Shown here in pieces: positions 31,741-43,931 of a DNA stretch of 64,000 bases; positions within the stretch are counted from its first letter, which is position 1; every line of letters begins with the position of its first letter. The notes under the pieces are model-generated. The model was given only the letters and a program-made list of their open reading frames with translations. It made no database searches and was not told the origin of the DNA. Source of the DNA: Pelomyxa schiedti. Lineage: Eukaryota > Protista > Evosea. The position numbers and the translations under genes were made by a program. Location: contig JAHLWZ010000837.1 of the NCBI GenBank assembly GCA_020536535.1, forward strand, positions 23,986 to 87,985, read 5' to 3'.

Positions 31741-31955
31741 ATACCTTCTCGGCCTTTTGGCTAAGATCAAGTGTAGTATCTGTTCTTTTCAGCTTAATAT
31801 CTGAAAGCTGCCCATTGGGTAGCATCGATATTAAACTTATTTTTCGTGGGGTCGCTGGGGGTGCCTGCTTGGTGGTGGGGCTTGCTCCGCCGCCTTGTTG
31901 GGTGCCCTCCTGATTGCCCAGGCACTGCACTGCCGCCTCGTGTGGTCAGCCCCAC
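31741..31955 (+). ncRNA. U2: U2 spliceosomal snRNA
   Basis: ATACCTTCTCGGCCTTTTGGCTAAGATCAAGTGTAGTATCTGTTCT 5' end; branch-pairing GTAGTA 31773-31778; stems IIa and IIb; Sm-like ATTTTTC 31839-31845; SLIII loop GGGGCTTGCTCC; SLIV loop ACTGCACTGCC; 3' end approximate. Confidence 0.95.
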
Positions 31956-32317
31956 TTTTTCAGAACAAAGAAAAAAACCTTACTTCTCCAGGTCTCTGTA
32001 AAACCTACCACTAATCGAATGGGACCCTGAGAGAGGCGGTTAAGGGGACACCAATAACTGATTCTAATACCTTGAGAAAGTGGGGCACAACATTGTTGGG
32101 TGCCCTCCTGATTGCCCAGGCACTGCACTGCCGCCTCGTGTGGTCAGCCCCACTTTTAATAACAAATATAAACAAAGGTTATTTCAGTGCTAAGTACGGT
32201 GCGAATCGCTGATGGATTCCCGGATTGGTGAAACCTACCACTAATCTCATGGGACCCTGAGAGTGATTCAGGCGACACCTATAACTGATTCTAGTGCCTT
32301 GAGAAAGTGCACAACAT
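31895..32317 (+). repeat. Tandem duplication of the U2 3' domain plus downstream flank
   Basis: 65 bp identical at 31895-31959 and 32093-32157; diverged ~90-bp flank copies at 32001-32093 and 32231-32317. Confidence 0.92.
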
Positions 32318-32513
32318 GGTAGTGGGCGTTAACCAAAGCAATACAAACAACTAACTCTTGTGTTTGAATCCTGGCTTCTTACTCCTCACAACAGGTAAAA
32401 CAACAACCGGCATCACCCCAGCACACCTCACAGTGTGGTGGTCTCTATCCAAACCCAATCTTGTAGTTTTTCCGGGAAAACTTTTCTTTCCCAGAAGTGA
32501 ACCATGATCGATC

Positions 32514-32521
32514 TCCCATAA
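32514..32521 (+). promoter_or_regulatory. DUSE/PSE-like element TCCCATAA (U5)
   Basis: Identical to the element before U2; followed by GGGGGTATAAA at 32538-32548. Confidence 0.72.
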
Positions 32522-32574
32522 TGTAACTGACTGTCACGGGGGTATAAAGACCGATAGAGCCTAGAGTCGATCAA

Positions 32575-32705
32575 ATCACCGGCGCAGGGCCAGGCGCATA
32601 ACGTTTTTGTCATTCGCCTTTTACTAATGAGCAACCGTGCTCCTGGTCGTCATTAAATGCGCTTTGATCACGTATTTTTGTGATTGAGAGGGGCAACCCT
32701 CTCTC
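32575..32705 (+). ncRNA. U5: U5 spliceosomal snRNA
   Basis: Invariant loop I GCCTTTTAC 32616-32624 closed by TCATT/AATGA; CCGTG internal loop; stem GGCCAGG/CCTGGTC; Sm site ATTTTTG 32674-32680; terminal hairpin GAGAGGG-GCAA-CCCTCTC; 5' end inferred from the U2 spacing. Confidence 0.92.
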
Positions 32706-32801
32706 CTCTTTAAAAAACAAATTAATTAATTCCGCTAATTCAACACAAGCCCCCGACTTTCCTACATACTAGCAATACAATCCAACAACTTGTAAAAACT
32801 C

Positions 32802-33743
32802 TTATGTGCAACAGGTTGATAGGCTGTGCTTGTGTGGTGCTGGCGTGTTCTTTCTCCTTTTTTTTGTATCGTTGTCTGGGGTTGTTCCTACTACTTGTCT
32901 GACAGTCAATGTTGAGTGAGCCGCCTTAGAAGCAAGCCTTGCATACTCAGGGCGACACTTGTCCAGTTCTTCTGGTGACAAGTGCTCCACAATGTCACGG
33001 GCCAAGTACAAAAATGCTTCCCCTACACCAATGTCACGTTTGGCTGATGCTTCAAAGTATTCCACGTTTGCGTTCTGTGCCATGGCAAGTGCATCACTTG
33101 ATGTGACAATTCGGTCCCCTCTGTCAATCTTTTTTTTGTTGTTGTTTCATTTAACACACCAAATTCTGAAGACTACAAAGAGAGAGCTATCTACCTTGTT
33201 CCCTACAATGCAAAACCTGATATTCTGGGGCGCATACAAACGAAGCTCTTCTATCCACGCTTGTATTTTGAAGAAGCTTCTCAAGTCAGTTACATCATAG
33301 ACTAGAAGGGCTCCCTGGGAGGAGTGATAGTAGCTACGTGTAATGCACCTGAAAAGGCAAAGACCCTTGATCATTTTATATACAAACTACTCTGGATAAC
33401 ATACCTAAATCGCTCCTGACCCGCAGAATCCCATATCTAGTTGTATACATGTTATATTGTACACATTTAAACACAGCAAATACCTGCAGCTGGAGGCGTT
33501 TACCGCACACAGTCAGTTTCTTTGTGAAGTAGTCAACACCAATCGTTGAGGCTGTCGATGTGTAGTCAAATGTATCATTTGCATATCTTGCAGCAAGTGC
33601 TTTCGTCAAGAGTCAGAAAAGACTTTGTGGAACAATTGAGTCCAATGCACACCTGATTTGCCCACTCCCGATTCACCCAAGAGTATTATCCTGATGTTAT
33701 ATTCGTGTGGCTGGTTGTCGTCTCCTGTGTGTCCCCTGCCCAT
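32802..33743 (-). CDS. Rab-family small GTPase
   Basis: IILLGESGVGKS, STIGVDY, IWDSAGQERFRCITRSYY, VGNK-ID, EASAK, C-terminal CCT prenylation motif. Confidence 0.92.
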
Positions 33744-33928
33744 CCAAGCTTGGCTTTTTTTTTGTTTGTCCTCGTCATCATCCACTTCCCACCAAAATTA
33801 GGCGGGGTACAAATAAAATGCCACCCTGTTTTGCTGTTTACTCTTTGTTGTTTTCTTGCCACTTTTGAAGAAAGGTTGCAGGTGGGACTCTCGATGGTCG
33901 AGATCAGCTCACTGGAAATTTTTCCCGA

Positions 33929-35951
33929 ATGGAAGTTCACACTCCAAAAATGAAACGATAGCCCAACAACAAACACACGATTCAAAGTTGGCCAACACCG
34001 AAGCAACCAAGTGGAGCCAACCCCTGTTCCCGCCCCCGCCGCCGCCCCCTCCCCCATCCGCGGCCCTCCCTCCCCCGCAGTCCTCGCCCGGGTCCGCCGC
34101 CTCCCCCTCCTCCTGCTCCTCGGCCTCCTCCACCGCCGCCGCCTCAGCCTCCTGCTCGCCGGCACCCCCGTCCTCCACAGCCACCCCCGCGTCGCACCCA
34201 CACCGCCCCCAAGGGCTACCTCCCCCAGGGCTCCAACAGGCGCCAGCACAAGCACTCGCAGCCAGACCAGCAGCAACAGCAGTCGGCGGCCCAGCAGGAC
34301 GCGCCCCCGGGGGCCCAGCCGGAGCAGCAGCCGCACCAGCAGCAACCGCAAGTGGACACCATCGTGGACCTAGTGCGGCAGCTCGATGAGCAGATCAAGG
34401 CTCAGCTGCGGGCGCTAGAGCGGGAGCGGGCGGCCATCGAGGCCCAGCGGGCCGAGGCCATGTCGCAGACCCAGGCGGCCCGCGAGGCCCTCGAGCGCGA
34501 GAAGACCGACTGGGCCGCGATGGCAAAAAAGCTGGACTTGGCCACTAGGGGCTCCTCTCCAAACAACAGGCTGTATCATACCTCTACGTGCTCGTGTGCC
34601 TGTGCTGCTGGGAATTCAGTAAATTCTGCAAGTTCTGGTTCTGGTTCTGCTTCTGCTTCTGCTTCTATGTATGGGACTAGTGAGGATTCCATACCTATTC
34701 CAATACCTATACCGGAACCTAGCAGTAGTTCTGTTGTGACTGGGACGAGTCCGTTGAGCGGTATTCTCTCGGCTTCTTCTTCGACGACCTCTTCAGTTCT
34801 TGCACCGCCGTCGATGGTAAATGTTCCACCTCCTCAGTCTCCACCACCTCCCCCGCTGCCGCCATTATCACCGCTATTGCAACCAACAAGCACCAACTCT
34901 GCTGTAGCCACAAACAGTTCCAGCAGTTCTGGGTGTAATTGCACATCACCCTCATTGGTAGTCAGGCTAGATGTTGGTGGTCAGTCATTTGCCACTACAA
35001 TGTGCACACTTACTTCTGTGGAGGGTTCGTTTTTCCATGCTATGTTTGCTTCTGGACGGTTCACTCCTGTTCCACAGAAAGATGGTATGTTCTTTTTTCG
35101 GTACTAATGTGATTCACATACTTTTCTTGCAGGAAGCTACTTCATTGACCGCGACTCCACCGTATTTAGGCATGTACTGAATTACCTTCGCGGGCAACAG
35201 CTTAACCTTCACCGCCTTGCACTCGGGGACCTTGAGCAACTTGCCGATGATGCAGCTTTCTTCGGACTTCCCAAACTTGAGGAGGTACCTTTAGTGCCTT
35301 CGGTTTACCCATATCTCATATCAACAAAAGGAGGTCAGGCTAGCACTCGAGCAGCACGAAGCCACAGGCGAACCCAAGCAGAGCCCATGCGGGCCGTTCC
35401 GCCCAGGCCCGAATTACACCCCGAGCGATTCCAACTTCACGGTGAGGAAAATCAGCGGGTCCCGGGCTTGGGACGTGACAGCCCTCGGCGCCCTGCAGCT
35501 GTTCACCGAGAGCCCAAGCCCGAGCCCGAGCGCCAGCAGCAGCTCCTCGGCCGCAACGCCCGCGAGCACCGCGAACAGCTCCAAGACCGAGGCCCGCTGG
35601 GGCGTGCAAATACGGCAGGGGGTTCACATCATGGTGGGGATTGCTCCCGGGACCATAGACCAGAGCGCGCCGTGCAACTACACCAAGGCCGGGTGGTTCT
35701 TCTACACCCACTCTTCTACGCTGCACTCTGCACACGGGCAGTCACACACTTGCTACTCGGATACTGGGCAGCTGGCCACCAACAGCGTGGTGGGTGTTGT
35801 GGCAAACAGGGACCTGGGGACTATATCTTTCATTGTGAATGGAAAGCAGTTTGGAACCGCGTATTCTGGGGTGCCATTCACTACACAACAGCTCTACCCC
35901 TGTGTGCTCCTCTATGCCGCCGGCGATTGTGTATCAATGATTGCATTGTAG
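33929..35951 (+). CDS. Coiled-coil + KCTD-type BTB/POZ + SPRY-like protein; 5' end uncertain
   Basis: VRLDVGGQSFATTMCTLT..FFHAMFASGRF, YFIDRDS..FRHVLNYLRG; SPRY-like HIMVGIAP..VVGVV..GTISFIVNGKQFGTAY..LYPCV. Confidence 0.8.
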
Positions 35952-36128
35952 TCAATAAATAACCTAATTTCTTACAAGAACTAACGCAAAGCCATTCTTA
36001 CCCAAACAACGAAAAAAAAAACGGAGCGAGCCTACGAGCATCGAACTGGCGCTCTCTGTGCGAACAAAAGAGAAAAGGGAAATAAATGAAGCAAATCACC
36101 TAAAAAAGACTGTAGTGTAGATCGATCC

Positions 36129-39100
36129 ATGAGCCACGGACACGCACGGCGAACATCATCACCATCCACGCCCACGCACGCGCCGCTGCTGTCGCCGCCG
36201 CCCACGCCCACCACGCCCCCGCCGTCGCCCCTCGCGCCGTCGTCCCCCTCCTGGCCCGCCGCGGACGCCGACGGCGGGGACGGCGACCCGGCGCTCCCCT
36301 CGCTCCCGTTCCAGCCGGCTTTCTCGCTGTCCGCCGCCGCCTCCTCCTCCTCCGGGCGGGCCCAGCCCCCGCACAGGCGCATCAGCGGCACCCGCACCAT
36401 CTCCCTGACGTCGCTGTCGTCGGCGCAGCAGCAGCACAACAACAACAACCATAACAGCCAGCACCCCCACTCGCCAGGCGGGGGCTCGTCGCTGTCGTCG
36501 GCGCACTGCAGCAGCAGCACAAACTTTGGCAGTTTTGGCGGCGGGGGCTACGGCGGCGGCAACGGCAACGGCAGCAACATCCCATCATCGCCTTGCAGCA
36601 CTAGCACCGGACGCGGTGGAAATGGCCTGAGTGCACGTGGGATTGAGGCACTGGCTAGAATTGCGGCTGCCAAGGGGGTTTATACACAGAACCCTACTTT
36701 GGACAACTTGCGCACTTATGCTGACACCCTCGCTGCCTCGAAACACCATCCTGAATATGATGTGATTGTCCCCCTCTTTTTTTTTTTTCTTCCTTTCAGA
36801 GAACCTAGTTATGACCTTAACTTGGTTGTATTCTTCTCTATGCAGGTACAAAGACAGGTGGTATTGGATGGAGATGCTTTGAAACAGAGCATACTGCTCC
36901 GTAATCACCTATTTAATCCTTTTTTGGATCCTCCTGTTTCCCTCAACGAATCTATCCCGAAGGGCCGACGCCTTCCACCACCTCCACCTCACTCCTTCTA
37001 TCATTTGCAAATGAAAAAATCCACCAGTGATGAATCTCAGTCTGGGTATATCACAGGCAAGGGTGAAGGGGCTGTGAGTGCCTATTCTGATGATTTGGGT
37101 ACCAGAAGGGGCAATTATGCTGCTGATGATGAAGAAGGAGATAGTGTGCCTTCCGGTGGAGAAGACAATGCTGAGAACACTCCTGAATTGAGAGATGAAA
37201 ATATACCGTCTAACCACAGGCGGTGGTATGATGAGTACCAGGAAGCTCTTGAAATGCCGTTCAACGAACCTCAGGACAGATTGATAAGGTACACTTATTT
37301 TCTATTTTACTGTACCTAAATATTCCTAGATCTAATCGGATTCGGGATATAGCGCTAGCATTTGTGGAATGTGCCTTGGAAAAAGGAAGGACTATAATAA
37401 CCGAAGCCTTTCTTCCCCCGTCCAAGCAAACAATAAAGCCTCTCACATGTAAGTTTATTGATAGAAAATGATCAGTATTTAACCACGCCAAGCAACAACA
37501 GGAGTAGCAGGGGGGGCAAAGTACCTCATAGATGGGATTTTCTTCAAAGTACTCCAAACCACCTAATATTCAAAAGAATGTGACCTTCCTTCCTAAGTTT
37601 GCAACTGATTTGCATGGACTGTATGGGGGCGATGAATTTGCCATGAAAGCTGCTGGGCATGAGTTACTTAGTATAACAGAGATCCTGAACTGCAATATTC
37701 CAAAACTTTGTGTACCGTGTGTAAAATTCTTTTTTGACCGTTGTTAATGGTTGGCAGACTTGTTGCTCTGATTGATTTCTGTGGATTTAGGTTAATTGCA
37801 ACCTCGGAGTTACCAATCGATCCTGGCACTCTTGAAGTATCCCTACCTCTCCCTAGATTCCTCTAACATGCACAGTATGGCAGTGCGGACGGAGGAAAAA
37901 CTGTGCACTCAAGAGATTCGGAGGTTTCTCGAACCTGTTTTCATATCAATGTGCTCCAAAATTAATATCAGAACAGATTGCTGTAAAAATGGAGCAAGTG
38001 GGTAGGATTTTGAACCTCAAAGGTTTCACCACTGCACTACTGAAATGCTCTTCTAATAACACCGCTAGCACACAAAGTCGGACCCACAGACAACATGAAA
38101 GTTCTCCATGGTCCTTGTGATATTGAAGTGTAAGCTCCAATTCGTATGCGGTTTGTAATTACTGTCAAGGCATCGTGCACACGATGGAAGAATTTATGTT
38201 CTTGATGCAGCTCGTCTCTGTCCACCAGAACCTCCTTTAGAGTTGTTGCTATCTCCCAGTGTGCTGTTTTTAATCAAGTTTTAGGGGCTGCAAAGGGGCC
38301 CACCTCTACAGGTTGTTGAGACCAGAGCTTGTGAAATGTAGCCCCACTCCTCTGTGTTCAGGTCTTTCTATTTAGAATGGGTTTACCTATTCACGTTAAC
38401 AAGACGCCTTCACTCCTTTTGGCCGGGATCAGCGAGATGAACATGATAAAGAAGTCAAGGCAGCACACGTAATTTCTGCTACTTTTTGAAAAACCATCCC
38501 ACAGCCTACAGGATAAACTGCTTCGCGAAATTATTCCGAAATTTGCTATCAGAATAAATCAGAAAGTTAAGAAATATGTTGGACAATCGGTTGTACAAAT
38601 CTTCGAGCAATTGCAGTTGATAGATGAAATGCACCGAGAAGGCATCAACTTAAGGTTTGCAAACTTGGCCTAAATTTGTGGGGTTTGAAAGGGGAATGCA
38701 CAAGAACCTAAAAGCTTAAGCGTAAAGGCATCTGTATTTATTGAAGAAGTCAGACAACATTGTGTTAGATGTGCGACTGGCACAAATTATTAATACGGAA
38801 ATAATCTTCAGAAAGATTAAAAATAGGTTCTGCCACTCTTGTTTTTTCTGCCACTCATTTTACGTTAGATTGAGAGAGTTTATGCGCTGTCAGTTAAAAA
38901 GAACAGCAATGAATCCACCAAAGCGAAAACATGTACATGGCAATAAACCTGCACACCAACCTTACCATTAATAGTCCGATCATTATGTTGATGTAGCAGA
39001 AATTGCAAATTTACTTAATACCTTAATCTGCTGCTCAATTATACAGTCACTTACAACCGAAGGAATAAATGTGCAATTATTATTACTTAGGCTGCAGTCT

Positions 39101-40355
39101 ACTGTAATGAAGGTGTATTTACTTCCCCGTTGCTCTTTTATTTATTTTCTATAGTTTTCCAAAGACGTCATTGCACATGTAACAGAGGGAGCTCTTTTAT
39201 CACCGGAAGATTTTACCATCACTCCCAGAGTGCGCCAATAATCTCAACCACTTTGTCAATTACGAAAGAGTTAATTCCCTACAGGTTAAACACACCAACA
39301 CTGTACCATATGAAGAAGGGGTTGCCCTATATCAGCAAGCAAGACTTCTCCCACACCACAATGCAGATATACTTCTTCAAGCTGCAGCCGAAAAATTCCA
39401 GCAAGTACCGAATTGAGTGATATCCACCTTAAAATTCACCCATTGTGAAGGCTCTTCAAACAACACCCGACGATTATAGGATTCTTACGCACTTCGGCAT
39501 TCTCCTCGTTGAGCGGGCAAAATATCAAGTAGATGACAAAAAAGAAGAACTCTTCAAGGCAGCCATTGAAAAATTCAAGTGACTTCCGCCTTTGTCATAT
39601 TTGTTTCCCCTTACTCCAAAATAAGGTCGGCAACCAAAATTAAGCGCAATGACTACTATACTCTCTTCCATTGGGCTGATACACTCAAGCAGTGGGCAGC
39701 TCACTTAACTTCAGCTCCTCAACACAACACAACACAACCCGGTGAAGGCAGCCTGCAGGTTGCACCTTCATCCCCATCCACCTCACCTTCCACCACCCCA
39801 GTGCAACCAGTAGACCAACCAAATTCAGACAGTATCCCAGGTCCAGGCACAATAAATGGACCTCCTAATAAGGAATCACCAACGGCAGCTTTACTTCTTG
39901 CCCAAGCAGAAGAAAAGCTCAAAGAAGCCAATCTCTTTGGAAAGAGATGGTTCTGGAATACTCTGGAAACTAACGGGGCCAAGTCAATATTTGACAACAA
40001 ACCCCCAGGAACCTTCTTCATACGAAGTAGCAACTCCCGCCCAGGACTATTTGTTCTGTCGTTTACACCATTACAAGCAGTAAGTCTTTTCAGGGTTTTT
40101 TTCCTCTGCACTAACCTGTGGTTGTTCCCCACAGACAGAACGCAGAGTAAGAAACGTTCTGATTGAAGAAACTGCCGATGGCCGGTACTTTCTATCTAGT
40201 GAAAGTACACAGGTTTTTCCACCTATAATTTCTACTGTGAAAGTGCCTACTGATGTAAACTCAACCAAAACATCCAGTACTATGATACTCTAGAGGACTT
40301 GGTTATAGCCAAAGTACGTGAAGGCTATGAACCCATATTACGCGAGTGGATATAG
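36129..40355 (+). CDS. Clu-domain protein with TPR-like repeats and a C-terminal SH2 domain
   Basis: GVAGGQKYLIDGIFFKFATD..LYGGDEFAMKAAGHEL, LIDFCGFRLIA, YGSADGGKTVH, LHGPCDIE, DGRIYVLDAARLCPPEPP, LYRLLRPELV, MHREGINLRHL; SH2 WFWNTL..PPGTFFIRSSNSRPGLFVLSF. Confidence 0.83.
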
Positions 40356-40433
40356 TGAGGAACACTCACCCATCACCACCGTCGTTTTCTAAGTTTCTTT
40401 TCTACAACTTCCAATTCTTTTTCGGTCCACGAA

Positions 40434-41455
40434 ATGACATGCCGTGAAATCAGCATTGATTGTCCCTTCGACACAGAGGTCGAGTACTATCCTGGTGATG
40501 GGTACATCGAAACCAAGGTTCATGGTGTTATGCGGTGTTTGTGAATGCGTGGGTTTTCGTGTTTGTGAATGCGACGTTTCAAGGAAAACGTGAGACTCAC
40601 CACACTGTACAACGATATTGTACTATACTATGACAGAGAGAAAACGTATTGAGTAAGAAGGCAACTCTGAGTGGTCAGCAGTACATCAAGCTGGCCCGTC
40701 ATGTGGTGATCAAAGAAGGGGCAGTTGTGAGAGGCGATCTGGCACCAGTCACCATTGGCCAGTACACAATGCTGCAGCCCAATGTATCCATCAAGCCCCC
40801 TTCACACAACAGGCCACCATCCTCTGCCCCAGCAGCAACTCCGACACCTTCATCACAACCACCCCAAAACACAACAACAACAACAGCAGCAACAGCATCA
40901 ATAGGCGCAAGTGACACTGCTACTAACACAACAACAACCACAACAGCAGCGGCATCAACAGGCGCAAGTGACACTGCCACCACTACTGGTACTGCTAGTA
41001 GTACTATGCCATTGGATTCCAACTTGACTTTGGCGTCATCACCATCTCAGGAAAACACTGCTGCTGCATATACACCTGTAACGGTTGGCTCTTATGTCTT
41101 CATTGATGTGTGTATCCATACTTTGGGCCACACTCCCTCACTAATTCGACCTTACTTCTTACATATTGCCCCTTGACCAAAACAGAACAACTCAGTTATT
41201 GAAGCAGCAAGCATTGGCTCATTTGTACGGATTGGTCAGAATGCTGTGATTGGGTCTGGTTGCATCATTAAGGACTGTTGCTTGATTGCAGCTGGTGCAG
41301 TACTGCCCTCACGGTCTGTTGTTGCCCCATATACAGTCATTAGGGGTGACCCTGCTACATCTGGGGAGAGGCTGCCTTATTCTTTCAGGGATATGCAAAT
41401 GCAATTCGTTCTCATGAAGTTTGACTCCTTCAGAAATGCAAACCTGAAAAGCTGA
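40434..41455 (+). CDS. DCTN5: Dynactin subunit p25 (left-handed beta-helix) with a Thr/Ala-rich insertion
   Basis: YIETK-RENVLSKKATLSGQQYIKL..VVRGDLAPVTIGQY..IKPP; VTVGSYVFID, IEAASIGSFVRIG, CIIKDCC. Confidence 0.88.
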
Positions 41456-41652
41456 GTTTGTGCTAAAATTGTTTGTTTCTTTCCATAGTCCATTTTTTTA
41501 AGGCTTTTGTTGCATTGGGTATCCAATTAGTGCTGTGTAGTGTGGATTTCGTTGGAATGTTAACATAATAAGTTACACTGCCACAGTGGCTTAGTGTTTT
41601 GATCAACAACAAAAAGAAAAACTTTTGTTTTTTTCCACCCACAAATATGAGT

Positions 41653-42876
41653 CTATTTTTTCCTCTTTCTGACTCCAGTTGAGGTAGCTTTGCTTGTAGT
41701 GGGTGCTGCTGCTGTTTGTGTAGTCTGTTGTTGTGATTGGTCTTGAGAGTCTCCTCCTCCACCACCAAAAAACATATTGATTATAACGAAGCCTCCTAGT
41801 GCTGCAAAAATATACCACTAGTAGATATGGTGAATGGACGAACAAACATTAAGTGGGGTGCATACATAGCGTGATAAGATTCCTTTTTGGGGTTCCTGTT
41901 GGGCTGGAGCTGGGGGATCTTGCACTATTCTGATTGTAATTGAGAACGGGGATTTCAATAGAAATTGCCGATACCTCTTTCCCTCAAGAGGGGAGAAAGT
42001 GCTTATGTTGGTCCTGAAGGTCACCTGTAACGATGATGATTGGAAACCCTTAGGAAGTTCTGCTAAGCACGGTGCTTGAATAATGTAGTTCAGAGCAAAC
42101 GGGTTTCCGGTTCTGTCCCCGGTGTCAGTGTTATACAAGAGAGAGGGCACAGTACTGATCAAGGGTGATGGAGAGTGAGTCTCGAATCAGCATGAAGTTA
42201 TCAGATGGATTGTAGCTTCCATATAAGCGGCACTGCATTGAAAGTTGGCTTGTAGCTTCGAAAAAAAAAGGAAAACCTTTTCAACTGACGAGATGTAACA
42301 AGAGTCTCCAATGCAAGACCGAATCTGGTACAAGTTGGACTCTCGAGACATAAGCATTTCCTTATGGTGTGTAAGGCTAGAACATGTAAAGAACCTACAA
42401 GTTGCATTCAACAATTCACCTATATAGTAACCACAACAGCATTGATAATGCATCAAGAAAAAAGAAAGAAAAACAAAAAAAAAAAAAAAAAAAAAACACA
42501 AACAAACTGTGACGCAGGGGAAGGCTTTAGCTGGTATAGAAATTCACCACACCTCACCACAAACAAACAAACAAAACAAAAAAATCCAACTTACTGCGAA
42601 TTCAGCCGTCTGCTGGGCACCCAGCTTCAAAACGTGGTTCGTCTTCGCTCGCGACACGGCGCCCTCGGCCGACGGTGCCACGTAGTGCTTGGGCTTGGGG
42701 ACAACCAACCCGGCCTCGCGGCCAGAGAACGTGGCGGGGCTCGCACCGACCGCGTGCTCCATGTCGATCTGGATGGCAACCGGCAGCGGCGCCGGCGCCG
42801 CCTCGTCTTGTTGTTCGCACATATACTCGTACGAGAGGGCCAAGAGCACCAGCACCACGGCGCTCCACCGCGTCAT
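41653..42876 (-). CDS. EMC10: ER membrane protein complex subunit 10-like
   Basis: Signal peptide; MEHAV..FSGRE; C..DSLSITLDQTGNPFALNY; QEPQKGILSRYWYIFAALGGFVII TM; basic tail RKRKK. Confidence 0.68.
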
Positions 42877-43154
42877 CTTTCTTTATTGCAAAGAGGGCCG
42901 ATCTATTGGCCGATGACTGGTTTGAGTTCTCACCGCATCTTCTCCGTTGGAAGGAATCCTTGGTGTTATTGTGGATGTGGGAGGAGGTAAAATTTATTCT
43001 GGCAGCCCACAGCCCCAACTCCAATCACGGTGGGACCTTTTTTGGTCATTTTTCCGTTAAGGTTTTTTATCGGCTGGTGCCAAAGGGCAAACAAAATCAA
43101 ACTGCAACACACCACCAGTGACAACGACCCTTTGTAATCAGATCTACAGCTACA

Positions 43155-43794
43155 ATGTCGTCAGGACAAGATGCCTATAAGGAAGTTTCGCCGACGCCCA
43201 CTACCACCTCATTCAACCCCCTCATGAGGGAGCCCAAAACGAAGGAGATCCAGAGTCGCGGCATATTACGGCTCCCCAACGATATCAGGGCATTATTTCT
43301 TTTGGCACTGTGCCTCGGCATGGGCGTTATGGGAGTTTTATCATTCTTTTGTGATGGCTTTCTGAGGTTTGCAAAAGGAAAAAAAAAACCCTATGCACTT
43401 ATAACACAGTAACCCGCAGATAGTTAATAATCCCGCAGTGGGAAGTTAATCGTTTTTGCAGCATAATTGTCGGTATTGGGTCAATCGCGTGTGCAATCTT
43501 TGGAGTTATGGGAGCTTACTTGCAAAATGCATTCTGTTTCTTTTTGGTAAGCCAAATACTTATCACATCCACTAATCTCTAAGTAGTGCATGATTGGATT
43601 TGTGTGCCTTTCCATCTTGTGCCTGGTCGCTTTGATAATCAATCACGGCAGTTACGAGATAGGTGTATACCTCACTGATTGCTTCCTTGGGGTGTGCATT
43701 TCACTCCCTTACATTACATTAGCCCACAAACTTTCAGCTTATCACCGCTTTTGTTTGTTTCATGATGCGTGGTTATTCTGTCAGGGCTTGTTGA
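43155..43794 (+). CDS. Small multi-pass (about 4 TM) membrane protein
   Basis: Hydrophobic exons linked by short introns; stop TGA at 43792-43794. Confidence 0.6.
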
Positions 43795-43931
43795 TAAAGG
43801 GTTCACCGCCTTGTAAAACTTTTGTCCCGAATTTTTCATAAACTTTATTTCTCCCCTTTGTTTTTGCCTTTAAAAGAAACCAATTGCAAAAAAACCAATA
43901 CGAGAAAAATTTTCACAAAAGAAAAAGTCTC

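Noticed and set aside
31739-31930. Minus-strand ORF (and 31946..32128) first read as exons of a PB1/UBL-like gene
   Set aside because: It is the antisense of U2 snRNA and its duplicated 3' domain
31895-32317. CRISPR-like or LTR interpretation of the direct repeats
   Set aside because: Only two copies, eukaryotic context, no cas or retroelement ORFs, and the repeat is U2 sequence
32428-32634. 68-aa minus-strand ORF
   Set aside because: It overlaps the U5 promoter and gene in antisense and has no protein motif
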